From the human T2T-CHM13v2.0 reference genome, Homo sapiens, in assembly GCF_009914755.1 (NCBI RefSeq), contig NC_060926.1: DNA of 64,000 nt. One strand, 5' to 3'. Shown here in pieces: positions 12,240-26,250 of this stretch. A program made the position numbers and the translations under genes. The first letter of the stretch is position 1. Each line of letters opens with the position of its first letter. The notes beneath the pieces are model-generated. The model worked only from the letters and a program-made list of their open reading frames with translations. It was not told the DNA's origin and ran no database searches.

Positions 12240-12451
12240 AGCTAACTCTTGTTGAATATCTTTCTGCCAAGAATTACACAATATATTTCACATTTTACCT
12301 CATTTCACCCTCACCAGAATCCTATAAGAAAGGTACTCACATAATCCTTCTTTTATAAATGAGGAAATTGAGGCTTACAGTGATGAAGCAAATTGCACAA
12401 TATGGCCCATCTTGGAAATGGTAATACCAGGATTCAAAGTCAGGCAGTCAG
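12240..12451 (-). mobile_element. MIR, split by L1PA (resumes ~13612-13665)
   Basis: TTTATAAATGAGGAAATTGAGGCTTACAG..CAGGATTCAAAGTCAGGCAGTC. Confidence 0.75.
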
Positions 12452-13611
12452 TGCATGTAAAACCCAAAACTCTAAAAGCACTGGAAGACAACAGAGGCAA
12501 TACCATTGTGGACATGGGAATGGAAAAAGATTTCAGGACAAAGACACCCAAAGCAATTGCAACAAAAGCAAAAACTGACAAATGGGATCTAATTAAACTA
12601 AAGAGCTTCTGCAGAGCAGAAGAAACTATCAACAGAGTAAGCAGACAACCTACGGAATGAAAGAAAATTTTTGCTAACTATGTGTCTGACAAAGGTCTAA
12701 TACCCAGCATCTATAAGGAACTTAAACAAATTTACAAGGAAAAAAATCAAAAAATTTCATTAAAAAGTGGGCAAAGTACATGAATAGACACTTTTCAAAA
12801 GAAGATACACATGCAGCCAACAAGCATACAAGAAAAAGCTCAACATCACTGATCATTAGAGAAATGTAAATCAAAACTACAATGAGGTACCTTCTCACAG
12901 CAGTCAGAATGACTATTATTAAAAAGGCTAAAAATAACAGATCCTGGAGAGTTGGAGAGAAAAAAGAATGCTTTATAACACTGTTGATGGGATTGTAGAT
13001 TAGTTCAACCATTGTGGAAAACAGTGTGGTGATTCCTTAGGGACCTAAAAACAGAACTACCATTCAACCCAGCAATCCCATTACTGGGTATATACCCAGA
13101 GGAATATAAATTGTTCTATCATAAAGACACATACACATATATGTTTATTGCAGCACTGTTCACAATAGCAAAGACATGGAATCAACCTAAATGCCCATCA
13201 ATGATAGACTGGATTAAGAAAATGTGGTACATATACAACATAGGATAATATACAGATAAGAAAAAATGAGATCATGTCCTTTGCAGGAACATGAATGAAG
13301 CTGGAGCCCATTAACCTTAGCAAACTAACACAGGAACAGAAAACCAAATGCCACATGTTCTCACTTATAAGTGGGAGCTAAGTGATGAGAACACATGGAC
13401 ACATATAAGGGAACAACACACACTGGGGCCTGTTACAGGGTGGAGGCTGGGAGGAGGGAAAGGATGAAAAAAAATAACGATTAGGTACTAGGTTTAATAC
13501 CTGGGTGATGAAAGAATCTGTACAACAAACCACCCCAACATGAGTTTACCTATATAACAAAACCTGCACATGTACCCTTGAACTTAAAATAAAATTTAAA
13601 AAAGAAGAAAA
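12452..13611 (+). mobile_element. 5'-truncated L1PA (older primate subfamily): ORF2 C-terminus plus 3'UTR
   Basis: ORF 12412-12660 ([25 protein letters not shown]) is L1 ORF2p. A tail present. The 17-bp TSD CAAAGT(C/G)AGGCAGTCAG lies at 12435-12451 and 13612-13628. Confidence 0.95.
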
Positions 13612-14429
13612 CAAAGTGAGGCAGTCAGACCCCAGAGAATTTATACTTTCCCCCAGTGCTTTAGCAAACATGACCTCTTTCTGGTGCGCAGATCTGGACG
13701 GCTGGATCAGTTTGCATTGGTAGCCCAGGGTCCTTCTGGTGCTCATAGTCTTGTCCCTAGCCCCAGATTCAAAACTGGCACTTTGGCTGGACCAGGTGCT
13801 CCTGACCCTTAAGGTCTGTCAAGAGGAAGGATATCCAAGGCACCAAAGGGACCTCACCAAGAGGGTGAGGGTCTAATGACCCAGGCACAACAGGAGGCCC
13901 AGAAGCTCACAGGCTGTATCTAGGGTAGCATGGTGGATGCTATAAGCATGCCCCTCCCCAACACCCAGCCAAATTAGCACCACTGTGAACTTGGCACCAA
14001 TGGGTGAGCAAGTGAAAGGTCCACAGATAAGGACCTGAACTGTATAAGAACGGTCTACAACAGAGACCCGTTGGCAACCTCTGGCAGAAGATGCTGCTGA
14101 GACTCCAGTTATCTCCTTCTCCAACATTTGGAAGTTGAACCAATTCCACTCTGTGGACTGTCAGATGAGGCTGAGATGGGGGTGTTGCCGGGAGGTCTCA
14201 AGATGGACATATTAAACCTCTTGCAAATATTGGCAATAATGTTTAAATAACCCTTTGTAAAAACTAGAGCAAATTGATCACATTTGTACCCTGAGTACAT
14301 AAAGCAGGCCATACAGGTTATATTAATTGTCAAAGAAATATATATTATAATACAGTAAAATGTCATTTCTTAAGTTTCTAAGATAGGGAATAAAATGTGA
14401 TACTTCCTGGTGTTAGAGGGAGTGAGATG

Positions 14430-14900
14430 AACTCTGACACACCATGGAAGAAACTGCAAATGGGCACAGCTCCGCTGGAGAGCAGTTTAACACCATGTAT
14501 CTCAACCTCTCCAGGACCAACAAAGAGGTATGGGAAAAGGTGCTCACAGCGGCATTGTCTATGACAGTAAAAAATTAGACACAAAAAGAAAGGAAAGGTT
14601 AAATAAATGGGAAATAGCCATACAATGGAATATTATTAGTCATTAAAGTTATAAAAAACATGTTTTTGATATAAGAAAATGCTTATAAATGTTAAGTTAA
14701 AGAAAACCAGACATAAAAATAAATAGGTAATAGGATTTCAACTGTGTGTGTGTGTCGAGAGAAATACAGCAAAATGTAAATAGCTAGTATTTCTCAGTGG
14801 TGGGATTTCAGCAGTGTTTTATTTTTCTTACTTTCCAATTTTCTGAAATGTCAAATTTCTAAAATTGGCAGGTTATTGTTATAATGGGAGGAAACAATGA
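14430..14900 (+). mobile_element. Old L1ME-like fragment
   Basis: AAATGGGCACAGCTCCGCTGGAGAGCAGTTT..AGCCATACAATGGAATATTAT..TCTCAGTGGTGGGATT. Confidence 0.55.
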
Positions 14901-16299
14901 AAAGAAAAATAGATTACTCCTGTGATCTGTGAGAGGCTACTAATGAAGGAGATAAACACAGAGCAAGTAGAATAAAAGCTGCAGCAAATAAATGAGCAAG
15001 GAGAGAGGTGACTCCACGTTAAGTGCATACATATGTCTTTATGGCCCTTAGAAAGCTGCTGGCCAGAGGAAAATGGATGGTTTATGTTTATTATTTATCA
15101 CTGTCACTGTCTGAGAAATGACACCCAAAGGGAAAAGCCAGATGGCATCCCAGCTAGGAAAGGACAGAGAAAAGAGAAGTGTCTAATAATCTGTAAACCA
15201 GAGAACACCTGGATGGGCAAAATCTGAGCACAATGGAGCCCCGCACACTGTGTTGATGGGTGTTTGTGCTTTCCCTCTTTCTGCCACCTCAGCTCTCCTC
15301 CCGCAAAGCCTGGACAGCCTTAGCAGAATAACCAACGAGAAAAAAACAATAACAACGACAACAACAAAAAGAGAAACAAGCAAACAAGCATCCCCTTGCT
15401 TTGTCTGGCCCCAGACCCTCCCCATATGCACCAGCGCCCCTGGGGACACTCGAGCCCTCAGCCTGGGGCTGAATGGCACTGATTCAAAGCTGCAGACAGA
15501 GTCCACTTCTGCAAGTAATGGCCGCAGATATAAACCTGGGATCAATGTGATCAGTAGGGAATAAGCTACAGGCTGGCTATTTCTAGTACTTTGCAGTCTT
15601 TTCATTAGGTTAAAGGAAACACCTAACTCCTCTCCAGGGAAAAATCCCCTCTCATCTTTGTATGCAAGAGAGAGAGATTTGTAAGTTTATCTATAGTTCT
15701 AGAAACAGGAGTCCATAAGGAGCAATTAGTTTATGTTCAGAGAAGGGTGCTCATACCTTTTTAGGGTAATTCAAATACAGTTCAAGCATCAACAGTACAA
15801 TTGGGAGGAGACTATATGCAAAGCCTTGGGAGAATGGCATTTCCTGACTGGAGCTAAGAATACTACAAAGAAATGACACAAACACAAATTCAGTGAGTCT
15901 TCCAGTATGCCAAGTGCTTTGCATATGTTATTTTAAAAGAAATAGTCCTAAATGGCTTACATAATTATTCATTATTTCCTGAGTTATCAAAGAAAATACC
16001 AGGCCTATCCTAGTTACAAAACAATTTTAATGAGGAAGAATTTATGTCTTGGGTTGTGACATGTGCCCATTTTGTTATAATAATAATTCTATCAATTTTA
16101 CACTGTTTTATCATTGTCTTTTTACAGAGTTATCCAATTTTCATTTCATTGCTTTTATTTTATTCTTTTAATAATATTAATTCTATCCTGTCATTCAGGT
16201 CAGTACCATTATATCATTATTCTAAAATAATTCTGTTTATTTTATCAGTCTTTTGGTGTCCTTTACCTGGTACCGTGATAGTGCTTTATCCATATTATT

Positions 16300-16480
16300 A
16301 CATTTATTCTTCATATTAACCGACAGTAGTTAATAATAATAATGTTATACAGAAGAAACCCAAGGCTTAAGTAAGTCGTGACTTGCCCAAGAGTGCATGG
16401 TTATCAAGCAAAATAGAGGCTTGTGTTGGGGCTATCATCTACAAAGCCCTTGTATTTAAATATTGTCCAACACCACCTCC
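16300..16480 (-). mobile_element. MIR fragment
   Basis: ACAGAAGAAACCCAAGGCTTAAG..GTGACTTGCCCAAG. Confidence 0.5.
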
Positions 16481-16559
16481 CACTAGGCTACACTGATGAG
16501 AAGAAAGACACACTGAGATCCTCTGAAAATTTGTCGTGAAAGACACTTAACCCAGTGTG

Positions 16560-16760
16560 ATGGCCTCAGATAATAATGCCGCCCATTGACTCCAGCCATT
16601 AAACCCTTCCAGAGCCCACAGTGTCCGTAATTATCGAGCTTATCACTGCACTATTTGCTGCTCTTGCCCAGAACAGTAGATAAGGCAAAACATTTTAGAG
16701 GTGGATAAAATGCAATCATTTTTAAAAGGCAGGAAGTGCAGTTGATAAAAATGTAATTAC
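16560..16760. promoter_or_regulatory. Candidate GATA/ETS enhancer motif cluster
   Basis: WGATAA at 16568, 16640 (reverse strand), 16678 and 16743; CAGGAAGT at 16730; in non-repetitive sequence. Confidence 0.3.
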
Positions 16761-18928
16761 CTGTTTCTTCATGGAACATGTTTGCAAAGTAAAATCTCTG
16801 GTTTTGCTGTTTTTATTGCTGCAGACAGTAAAAGACATTTAGGAAAATTATTGTCAAATTCTTCTCTGAGCTCTATCAAGAAATTTCACATTACGATTAA
16901 TTGATTTTTTAGGATGGTTTTAAGCATATGGAAGGTGCATAAGCCTGTGGCTCAGTATCTTATTCTATATCAATTAAGAGAATAAATATGTTACACTCAG
17001 TTTCATATTCTGTGACATAATTCAAGAAAAACTGTATCGCTGTCATACATTTCAGGTTACTGTTCTGTTTCCTGTTTTGGGTGTTTTGGTGTTAATGCAA
17101 TCATTATATTATGATCACGTGATGCTTAGGAATGAAGCCATACATTTGCAAGAGGGAGTGCAGGAAAAAAACCTTTCCTCCTCTCTATGCCCATTCAACT
17201 CAAACCTGCTTTATGAGACTAATTCTTTCCTATGTTTTAAAAAAAGATTTTATATTTTTTGTCACTCCTGTACCTTATAAAAACCCTCTACCTTTTATTT
17301 ATTTGTATAAATTTAGGAAATACAAGCGCAATTTTATTACATGAAAATTCTCTACTTTAGACTCCCAATCTTTTTTCTTAATAAAACTGTTCAGTTCCCG
17401 GCAAGAGTCAAAGCTCTCAGCTGCATTTAACCGGAGAGCTTATGCAGGAGAGGGGACAAGGCCACCTTCTCCCTTCCACACCTAGTTTATCTGCCCCTAG
17501 AAGATGATGTCTAGCAGATGATGTCTAGTTTATATGTTATAACACATAAACACACATTTATATGTTTATATATATTTATATGTATTTATATGTTTCAAAA
17601 TAGTATTCTCTTACACGTCGTTCACTTTTTGTCCATCTCAAACAAAATACACTTACCACATAAATATGTTCTTTCAGCACCTGACATAATTCAGAAAGCT
17701 ATAATAATCAAGTCAAGGGTTAATATTGGGATCATCATCAGAATTAATTATCTCCTCTGGATTGTAGAGATGGACAGGTATTAGTAGGCTCAAGATAATA
17801 GTGCATTTCTTGCACTTCCATCAAATTATTTCAATGTCATGTGTGCTCAGAAGAGCCATGCCTTCCATAGGCTCGAACCCCAGGTATACCCTCAGCCTTA
17901 TCCATCTGTGGTCAATGAAAAAATCTAAAGGGGATGGCAGGGGTAATGGATGAAAAAGTGCACTGACCCATGATTCTTTCCTACTTGCCTGTTGTCCTCA
18001 CCTCCATCTTGACCTCTGCGAGGTCTGTTTATTAGACTCCTGTACAACTTCCTGTACAACTAGAATGTGTAAACCTTGAGATATTCTACCCATAAACATC
18101 AATGGTTCATGCAATTTTTAGGATATTGACACTGTATATCAAGTAAATGTGTCATAGCATGACTCCAGCCTTCCTTATTCTCTGGAAAGTTGGTATCAAT
18201 TATATATTTGCAAGTACATAAGCTATAGGAAATTGAATTAATTAAAAGTGCATTTTGGATTGGATTTTAATCCTTGAATTGGATTAAAATTAAACTGTGT
18301 ATTTTTTAATGTGCAAGGGATGGGGCATCCTCAACAGCAAGTAACAATTTAGAGAACAAGAAAACAAGCTCAAAGAGAGGGTCAGTCCTGACGACTTGTA
18401 GCCTATGAGGCAAAGATAAGCCTTTTTCAAAGGATTTCCCCATCCTAGGAAATAACCATTTCCTATGGCTCCAGAGATACTGGAGTGCTTAAGAATTTAG
18501 TAGTGTAGAAGAAAAGACAAAACAAACAAAAAAAGAACCATGTACAGTAGTGTGAATGACATGTCAAGCAATCTGATGACCTCTCCAAAGCTGCTGAATC
18601 CCCGGGCAAGTGGGCCTCGGTGGCAAGCTGGGGGCCACTTGTCTATCCTCCTCTCCTGAGGACATCCACTTCAATGCCATAAATATGTAGTGAGCCTTCC
18701 TGTGCAGTGGCCCAGCATTCTCATTGCAAGAGAGATAGACATGAGTGTGACACTAGCCTTGCATTTAGGAAAATTATTCTTCTACGCTACACAGGTAAGT
18801 TATTTACTGAACTGGAACCTCATCCTTACCCCAGTCTACAGGGCTTTCTCACTAAATTTCAGATTTCAGTCACTTGTTTCATTCAGTAAGCCTATTGAAC
18901 TGCCAGGATCTGCCAGGATCTGTGCTAG

Positions 18929-19198
<270 letters not shown>

Positions 19199-19479
19199 TA
19201 ATACTGTGCTGAGAGAGACAGAACAGGCAAACATAGCAAAAGTGAACATGTGGCAGGGGTTATTTCTTAACCCTTCAGAACAACTAGTCTAATGGGGATT
19301 TTGACCTCTAGAAGAAAACTAAGGTCACAGCATGGGTCATAGATTAGGTCCCCAGGAAGGAGGCAGGCAGGGCAAAGAATTTGGAAGGGGAGCATGTAGG
19401 AGATGTTCACTGTTGGCCCCACAGGCAATTCCTCTCCATCTCCCTGCTAATGGGCTGAGGCTCCTTGATCACAGGGAAG

Positions 19480-20160
19480 GAAGGAAGAACCCAAGCCCAC
19501 CTTTCAGGGTATGAGTCATGATCATTCTAACTCAATACGAAATCCACTTATCTTAGCCATAGATTGGTCTTGGGGTGGACACAGTTCTGGCCAATGATTC
19601 ATAAGGGGAAGTTCATAGGCGGCCTTCATGTGTAGAATAAAAAGATACGACCTCTCTGAGGAGAGAGCTTGAGAGCTTTGGTACCACCCTTCCTGTGGCA
19701 GTTCTTTGAGAACACAGGGCCCTGGAGTTGGACCAGCCATCTTATAACCATGAGGTAATAACCCGAGGCTGAAGCATCAGCACAAGGTCTCAGAGAAGAA
19801 AAATATAAAGCAAGCTTGTCCAACCCATGGCCCAAGACACCTTTGAATGTGGCCCAACATCAATTTGTAAACTTTCTTAAAACATTATGAGGTTTGGTGA
19901 TTTTTTTTAACCTCATCAGCTATTGTTAGTGCTCATGTATTTTTTGTGTGGCCCAAGACAATTCTTCTTTTGGTGTGGCCCAGGGAAGACAGAAGACTGG
20001 ACACCCATGAAGATTGGACTCCCAACCAAAATTGTTAAACCATCAAAAGACCCTGGTACTGCCTACCTCTAAACTGCTTTGTAAGTTAATGAACATCTTT
20101 AGAAATAAAGTTAGTGTTCATCGAGGGTTCTGTTACCTGCAGCCAAAAGCATCCTAACTC
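19480..20160 (+). mobile_element. Old MLT1 (MaLR) LTR interrupted by MER30
   Basis: CAGCCATCTTATAACCATGAGG; 3' end TTCTGTTACCTGCAGCCAAAAGCATCCTAACT. Confidence 0.6.
19811..20009. mobile_element. MER30 hAT-Charlie DNA transposon
   Basis: CAAGCTTGTCCAACCC..TTTGAATGTGGCCCAAC..GTGTGGCCCAGGGAAG..TGGACACCC. Confidence 0.88.
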
Positions 20161-20879
20161 TGGAAGGGTAGAAAAAGTCAAGGAGCTCCCATGATGTGCC
20201 AGTATTCTACTAGTAGCCTAAGATATCAAGATAAATACGTTATTATCTGTGCTCTCATAAACCAGCCATTACCACATAACGCTAAGAAAGATGTGTGGTG
20301 AGCTCACAGTGGCAGGGACAGAACATCATGAAGGAGAGACTTCCTGAGGGAAAGATCTGAGCTGAGCAGTGGTTGCTGGAAGGCTGAGGGGATGTGGGCA
20401 AGATAGAGGAAGAGGTGAGCAGAGCTACTCCATGCCATCTGCATGCACTTTCAAGCTGGCTCACAGGCTGCTCTACTGACAATGCTCTGAGGCCTCTCAT
20501 AGAGCCTCCTCTTGAAAACTTGACCCCAAGGCCTCCCCATCACAGTCCTCTCTCCAGAGGTGGTGGAATTGATAAGGATAGCCAAAGGACCTGAGAGGTA
20601 TTGCTCTAAGAAATAAAATCCACCCTGGGGTGAAGAAAGATACACTTATAGAAGCCCCTTCAGGCAGCAGACAATGCTCCCATAGGGCTGGACTCCCCCC
20701 AGCACTACCCCTCAGGAGGCTTCTCTCTCTGGATCATCTTCTCTTGGTTCCTGCAGCTAAAAAGTCCAAGCATCCTGAAGAAGAATACATTCTGGCAAGA
20801 GCTACAACCAGAGGGAAATGAAAATGATACACAACAATCCATTACATCCAAGCAGTGGAAACGATCAACCTGAATCAGT

Positions 20880-21080
20880 GTCTCCCCTAATGCTTAACTA
20901 ATGCTCACAAGAATTCTATAAGGTAGGCAATGTTATTATTCCCACTTTACAGATGGGTAAACAGAGTCTTGGATAATTTCAATAACTGTCTCAAGGTCAC
21001 ATAGCTTGTAAGTAATTGTGCAAACAAAGATTTGATCTTAGCTCTAATTCCAGAGCTTTTGCTTTTTACCACTATGAAAT
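20880..21080 (-). mobile_element. MIR
   Basis: TTATTATTCCCACTTTACAGATGGGTAAACAGAG..CAAGGTCACATAGCT. Confidence 0.75.
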
Positions 21081-22379
21081 CTTATCTCACAAAAACGGTA
21101 AGGTTCATTCCCATGGAATTCGTTGGCCAGCAGTCAAGAAAATGGGTACAAAAGTCAGTTGAGAAGCAATTTAAATCTATCACCTCTTAAATTCAACAAA
21201 AATTTACTGAGGGTCTGCTCTGGAGTAGGCACTGGGTTACAGAAATGTGCTCAGCAAGTCCCCTTCTCATGGCTTCAGAAGAACAAACAACCTCATATTC
21301 TAGGCAGCCCTAACCTGAATCAATATGATATCAGACATCAGCTGACAACTACATGATTCAATCATTCATCTAGAGGCAAAATGTCTGAAAAATTGAAAAC
21401 TTCAATTCTTCATGAGTGGGGAAGAACAAATGGAGTCTGAAAAAGTCAATCCATCATTCATATGGTTGCAAAACTCCTCAAGCTTGATGCCATGAGGGCC
21501 CCACATAGAAATGAATGTGATGTCCTTCACCTCCTTTCTGCTGGCTGTTAAGGGCTTGGTCTTGCTTGATCTCACCTCCTCAGAGAAGGAGGAGTTGTGA
21601 TAAACTCAACTTGTGGTTCCCAACTCCCCATCCTCTACTTGCTTTCTCCCTGCTGCGTAAGCTGCTTCAAGAGCTCCCAGAAACCTTTTGTGCTGTTGTT
21701 GATCCTCCATTCAAATCTCTGGCAGTCAAGGTGCTAGGGAATTAGGTGCCGCCTTGATTGCAGGCTTCAGGCTGGCTAAGTATACAGGGATTCCACTCTG
21801 TAATCTCATCGGCAGGGGAGGCAGATTTTCCAGCATAAAACAGCAAGAGCCTTGTACATGGTCCTACGTGTAGTCTAGGAGAAACACTTTAAAAATATGT
21901 AAAATAATTGTAATGCTAGCATTTACTGAGACTTGGTCTTATTATAATTCCACTTCCTTTTTTCAAGACACAATCCCCAGAAAAAGCATCTGGTTTTTGT
22001 CATTTTCAAAAATACTTCTTGCTCTTTTTTAATATTGATTTTATTTTTACCATTCATTCACAAAATATGTATTGACCATCTACTGCATACAGCTCACGTT
22101 TGAATGTGTTTCCTCTTGTTCATTCTCTTCCCTGCCCCCACCCCTCTCTCTCTCTCTTTCTCTTTGCTCACTCCTCTCCTTTCTCTCTTACGGGAAGTGG
22201 AAGTATTGATAAATGATCAGTTTGAGAGTGAGTAAAGCCTGTAGGAGAACTCAGTAAGACTGGCCTGATCAACACACTTATTGCTGACTTAAGCATTGAC
22301 ATTGAAAAGGTATGCAAATTCTCAGTTGAAGCAAAGCGTTTAAAAGGATGCTTCGATGGTAATACCTGAGTTCAAGACT

Positions 22380-22572
22380 ATCTTAAACTTCTGTTTAAGT
22401 GAAGCAATGTATTAAAAAAAAAAAAACTATTTTTTTCAACAACGTTGTAAAAGAATGTTGAAGGAAATGACTTTGAGCTAAAGGACTTTAATCCAGGACT
22501 CTGCTATGTGTAGCTTCACTTAAAGTCACAGTTTCCAAGAACCTATCCATGACATTAGTGAGGACTTACGTA
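22380..22572. mobile_element. Tigger-family MITE fragment (MER82-like)
   Basis: Terminus AAAGTCACAGTTTCCAAGAACCTATC..GTGAGGACTTAC followed by TA. Confidence 0.55.
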
Positions 22573-22587
22573 CTTAGTTTCAAATAT

Positions 22588-23110
22588 TGTTTCCAGGGCA
22601 GCTATGATGAAATAACTGGGAAGGTTCTTTTTCTTATGGTTTTTCTTTAGTCCTTTATTCATTACGGCTGCTACCAGGTGGCCCGGGATGGCAACAGAGT
22701 TTCGTGACCCCTGACCAGATTCCAGAGGGAGCTAAGACCCCCAAACTGGCACACAGTAGAACAGAGGGCTCTCCAGATGCCTTTAGATAATTAACATATT
22801 ATAATCCCAATGTTTCCTCCCAAAAAGAAAATCTCTGCCATTTTACCTGGGTTGTATGAAGATATATGTTCATGAATTGAGTCTGCATGTCTGGAGTCCC
22901 AACCTGCACATACTAACATTCCTCTCCCACCCCATACCCAGTCCTTAAAGACCTCATGCCTTCTGTTGTTTGGTAGAGGGTATCTTCAGAGTGAGAGCTC
23001 ACCTTCTTCCTCCCTGGCCAGGAATAAAACCTGCTTACTTTGTTCCCAATTGGGTGTTCTTTCTTGGCAACCAATAGAAAGTAAGGAAAGAACTCAAGTT
23101 ACCAGTGACA
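22588..23110 (+). mobile_element. Old ERV solo LTR (ERVL-class; subfamily uncertain)
   Basis: TGT...ACA termini, about 520 bp, with internal AATAAAACCTGC polyA signal and an LTR-like layout. Confidence 0.55.
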
Positions 23111-23296
23111 ATGTCAGTTTCCCAAAGGTAAAATGGGAATCTGTGTTAAGATTGAATATGCACTTATAGGTTAGATTTTGTGTGTGTGTTGTATTGGTAT
23201 AATTTTTTTTAATTTCATGGAATCTTAGAGTTAAAAGGGAACTCCAATGTCATCAAGTCTTTATTGAACATATGTGAGGTTCAACTCATTGTACTA

Positions 23297-23793
23297 TGCC
23301 GGTGGACAGAATAACAGCCTGCCAAAGGTGTCCACATCCTAATCCCAGAAACGGTGAATACGTTATTTTAAATGGCAAGGGGTAATTAAGGTTGCAAGTG
23401 GAAATAGGGTTGATAATTCACTGACCTTAAACAAAAAGATTGTCCTGGATTATCTGGATGAGACCAGTGTACACAGGGCCTTTTAAATGTGGAAGAAGGA
23501 GGTAGAAGGCCTGAACCTGAGAGAGATTTGAAGATGTTACACTCCTGGCTTTCAAGTTGGAGAAAGAGGTCATGAGACAACAAATACAGACAGGTGGCCG
23601 CTGACGGCAGTAAAAGGCAAGGAAACAGATTCTCTCACGGAACCTCCAGAAAGAATGCAGCTCTGCTGACAACTGGATTTTAGCCCACTAAGGCCCATTT
23701 TGGGCTTCTGACCTCCAGAACTGTAAGATAGTTGTGTTGTTTTAAACACTAATTTTATGATGATTTGTTAGAGCAGCAAAGCAAACTGATGCA
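23297..23793 (+). mobile_element. MLT1D MaLR solo LTR inserted in a MIR
   Basis: CAGAATAA..GTCCACATCCTAATCCCAGAAAC..GGAAACAGATTCTC..CTTCTGACCTCCAGAACTGTAAGATA. Confidence 0.85.
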
Positions 23794-23990
23794 ACTAGGT
23801 TCATTTATGTGCATTTGCTATCTTATTTGATCTTTACTATGAGTCAGGCATTTATCTCCATTTTATAGACGAGAAAGTTGAAGCTCAGAGAAGCTAAATG
23901 CTGTGGCCAAGACCATATGGCTATTCAGTGACAGAGTAGAATTCAAAATCTAAGTCTGTCTCACTTGGATTCCAAGATTGTTCTTACACC
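23794..23990 (-). mobile_element. MIR
   Basis: CCATTTTATAGACGAGAAAGTTGAAGCTCAGAGAAG..GAATTCAAAATCTAAGTCTGTCT. Confidence 0.7.
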
Positions 23991-24599
23991 CTGTGATGTA
24001 TGTCAGTGGCTTACTCACTCCAGAGTCTGCTCACTAGTCCCAAATTAAATATAGGAAGTGGTAACTTTTTAAAATAAAATTCAAATCGAAAATGAAGAGA
24101 GAAATGAGAAGAGGAGAGGAAAGGAGAGATAAAAGTGCACTGCGGAGGCTGTGGGCAAGCATTTTATAAAGCTTTTGTTTTAGGTATGTCTTAGATGGAT
24201 GTCTGTGCATGATGTAAAATTTAATTCTTATTGTAGTTTGAAGTAAAAAATCTCTAACACACACTGAAGTATGACATATCCACTGGAGAGAAAGAGAAAA
24301 TATGACACCATTTCTTTCTTCAAGAATATTCACAATCTGAAGAGAAACATAAGCAAATCACTGGAAAGCAATTCAGTATGGCTAGGTCAGTGACAATGTG
24401 CCAGCAAGTCACAGTGGACAGGCTCACAGCATCCTGATTGCCAACTAAAGGTCCATGGGGGCCCGTCAAAAACTCACAAACATGCACAGCACAGGATTTA
24501 TCACTTCACCACAAAACTTCTTCTCATCTGGAGTGGGCAGTTGTTGTTAACAGGATCACTTCTGCCTGTTTGTTCAAAATAGAAACAACATATTATTCT

Positions 24600-25170
24600 G
24601 TTCCTTTCATCTCTTCTTTCACCAAGACCAGTAGATTCTGCCTCCTAAATCCCTAAATTATCTTTTTCTCTCCAATTCTTATTGCCACAGCCTTGAGACC
24701 CCCCTCTTCATCTGGGCAACTGCAACATCCTTCCAGGCATCCTCCCTGACCCCAGTCTCTCCTACTGCAGTCCACACTGCAGTCTACAGCCACAGATGTG
24801 ATGTCTGGTGTCTCTTGCCACAGATGTGATGTCTGGTATCTCTCCCCTCCTTGCAGCCCTTCCTGGCTTCTCCCTTGCAAGTTGTGTAAGTTCAACACTA
24901 AAACCGCAGAAATCCTCATTTCCAGCCACCTCCCATAATACACAGACTCCACCGCCTTCTTCCACTAAACTAGTTGAAATTTCCTGCATGGACCATTCAT
25001 TTTCATTTCTTGCAAACTTTGCATATACTGCTTTCTCTCCTTAGAATGGTGCACTTCCCACTTTCCATCTAGGAAACTGTCCATCTAGCAAAGATAGAAA
25101 TGTAGCTTTCCTGACTCCCTTAGGCAAAAAAAAATTCTGTCCTCTGCTGATCTCTCGTATTTCTTTTACA
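24600..25170 (+). mobile_element. L2 fragment containing short tandem duplications
   Basis: CACCAAGACCAGTAGATTCTGCCTCCTAAAT followed by C/T-rich L2 3' region. Confidence 0.6.
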
Positions 25171-25559
25171 ACACTAATCCAAATGTATCCTATTTCCTTC
25201 TCCAGTGGTTCCAGGACAAGAGTCACATCACAGCTATATTTTCACCCCAATACCTAATCCAGGCATGAGGGCGTCATGGGTCTTTCCAAAGAATAAGTAA
25301 CCGATAATTGGGAGGCCAGCTCTGAAAGGCCAGGCCTTGATCTCCATCTGCCTCATCAGTGTTTCCTTCTGGAGGTCTCCCATGCACCACAACCTAACTT
25401 TTCCAGAGGTGGACTTTTGGTTCTCCTTATACACCTGATCCTTGTCAAGAGGGCTGCACCTTAGTAAATGCAACCACTTGAGCCAGAAATTTGGTCAACC
25501 TCCCAGACACTCTCATCAGCCCAGTTCAAGCCATCATTTATCTTACCTCCCACTCAGAT

Positions 25560-26250
25560 TTGCTTTCATTTTCAGCTTCACCTCCTTGGCCCAGCCACTG
25601 TCATCGCCTGACTGTGCTACTGCAAAGGCTTTTTCACTGTTCCCACCACCTCTCCATTTGCCCAGCCACACTCTAATCCATTCTGCATGGAGCAGCCAGT
25701 GAGAGAGAAAAAGAGAGAGAGAGAGAGAGAGATCCGATCATATCACTCCCCTACTTAAAACCCTTCAGTGACTCTAAACCTTAGGATAAAGTCCATTTTG
25801 TATTATTAATTTGTTTTCTATGACACACAAAGCCCTGTTCAGCCCAACTCATGCCTACTTCTCCAGGAATTCCTTGCTTGTTCACCACATAGCTTTTCTC
25901 AAGGCTTTTTAAGCACTTCCACCTGGGGGCCCTCCTGAAGCTTCCCTCTACCTAGAACATGAATGATGACCAGCGGCAATTCTATCACAGAGGTCACCAT
26001 TCTTGTCTAAGCTTAACTGACACTTCCCTTCAAAGCACCATGTAATTTTCCTTTTTGACACTGAGCAAATTTTCCATTTTACATTTTATTTACAAGCATG
26101 TTGGGTGAATGTCTCTGTATTGTACTCTAAGCTTGCTAAAGGCAGGGACCCTGTCTGTCTATCTAGTTCCTTCCTATCTCCCCAGCTACTAGCCTGACAC
26201 ACTGTAATTATGGGCTCACCAAACTTTGGATCGATGGAAGAATTTAATTA
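25560..26250 (+). mobile_element. L2 fragment with internal (GA)n (~25700-25731)
   Basis: GATCATATCACTCCCCTACTTAAAACCCTTCAGTGACTC..GGCAGGGACCCTGTCTGTCT. Confidence 0.7.

Noticed and set aside
12412-12660. L1 ORF2p-like ORF as a CDS
   Set aside because: It is a fragment of a 5'-truncated, mutated L1PA.
18792-18800. Perfect splice donor CAG|GTAAGT
   Set aside because: A 9-mer is expected by chance in 64 kb, and no partner exon structure was found.
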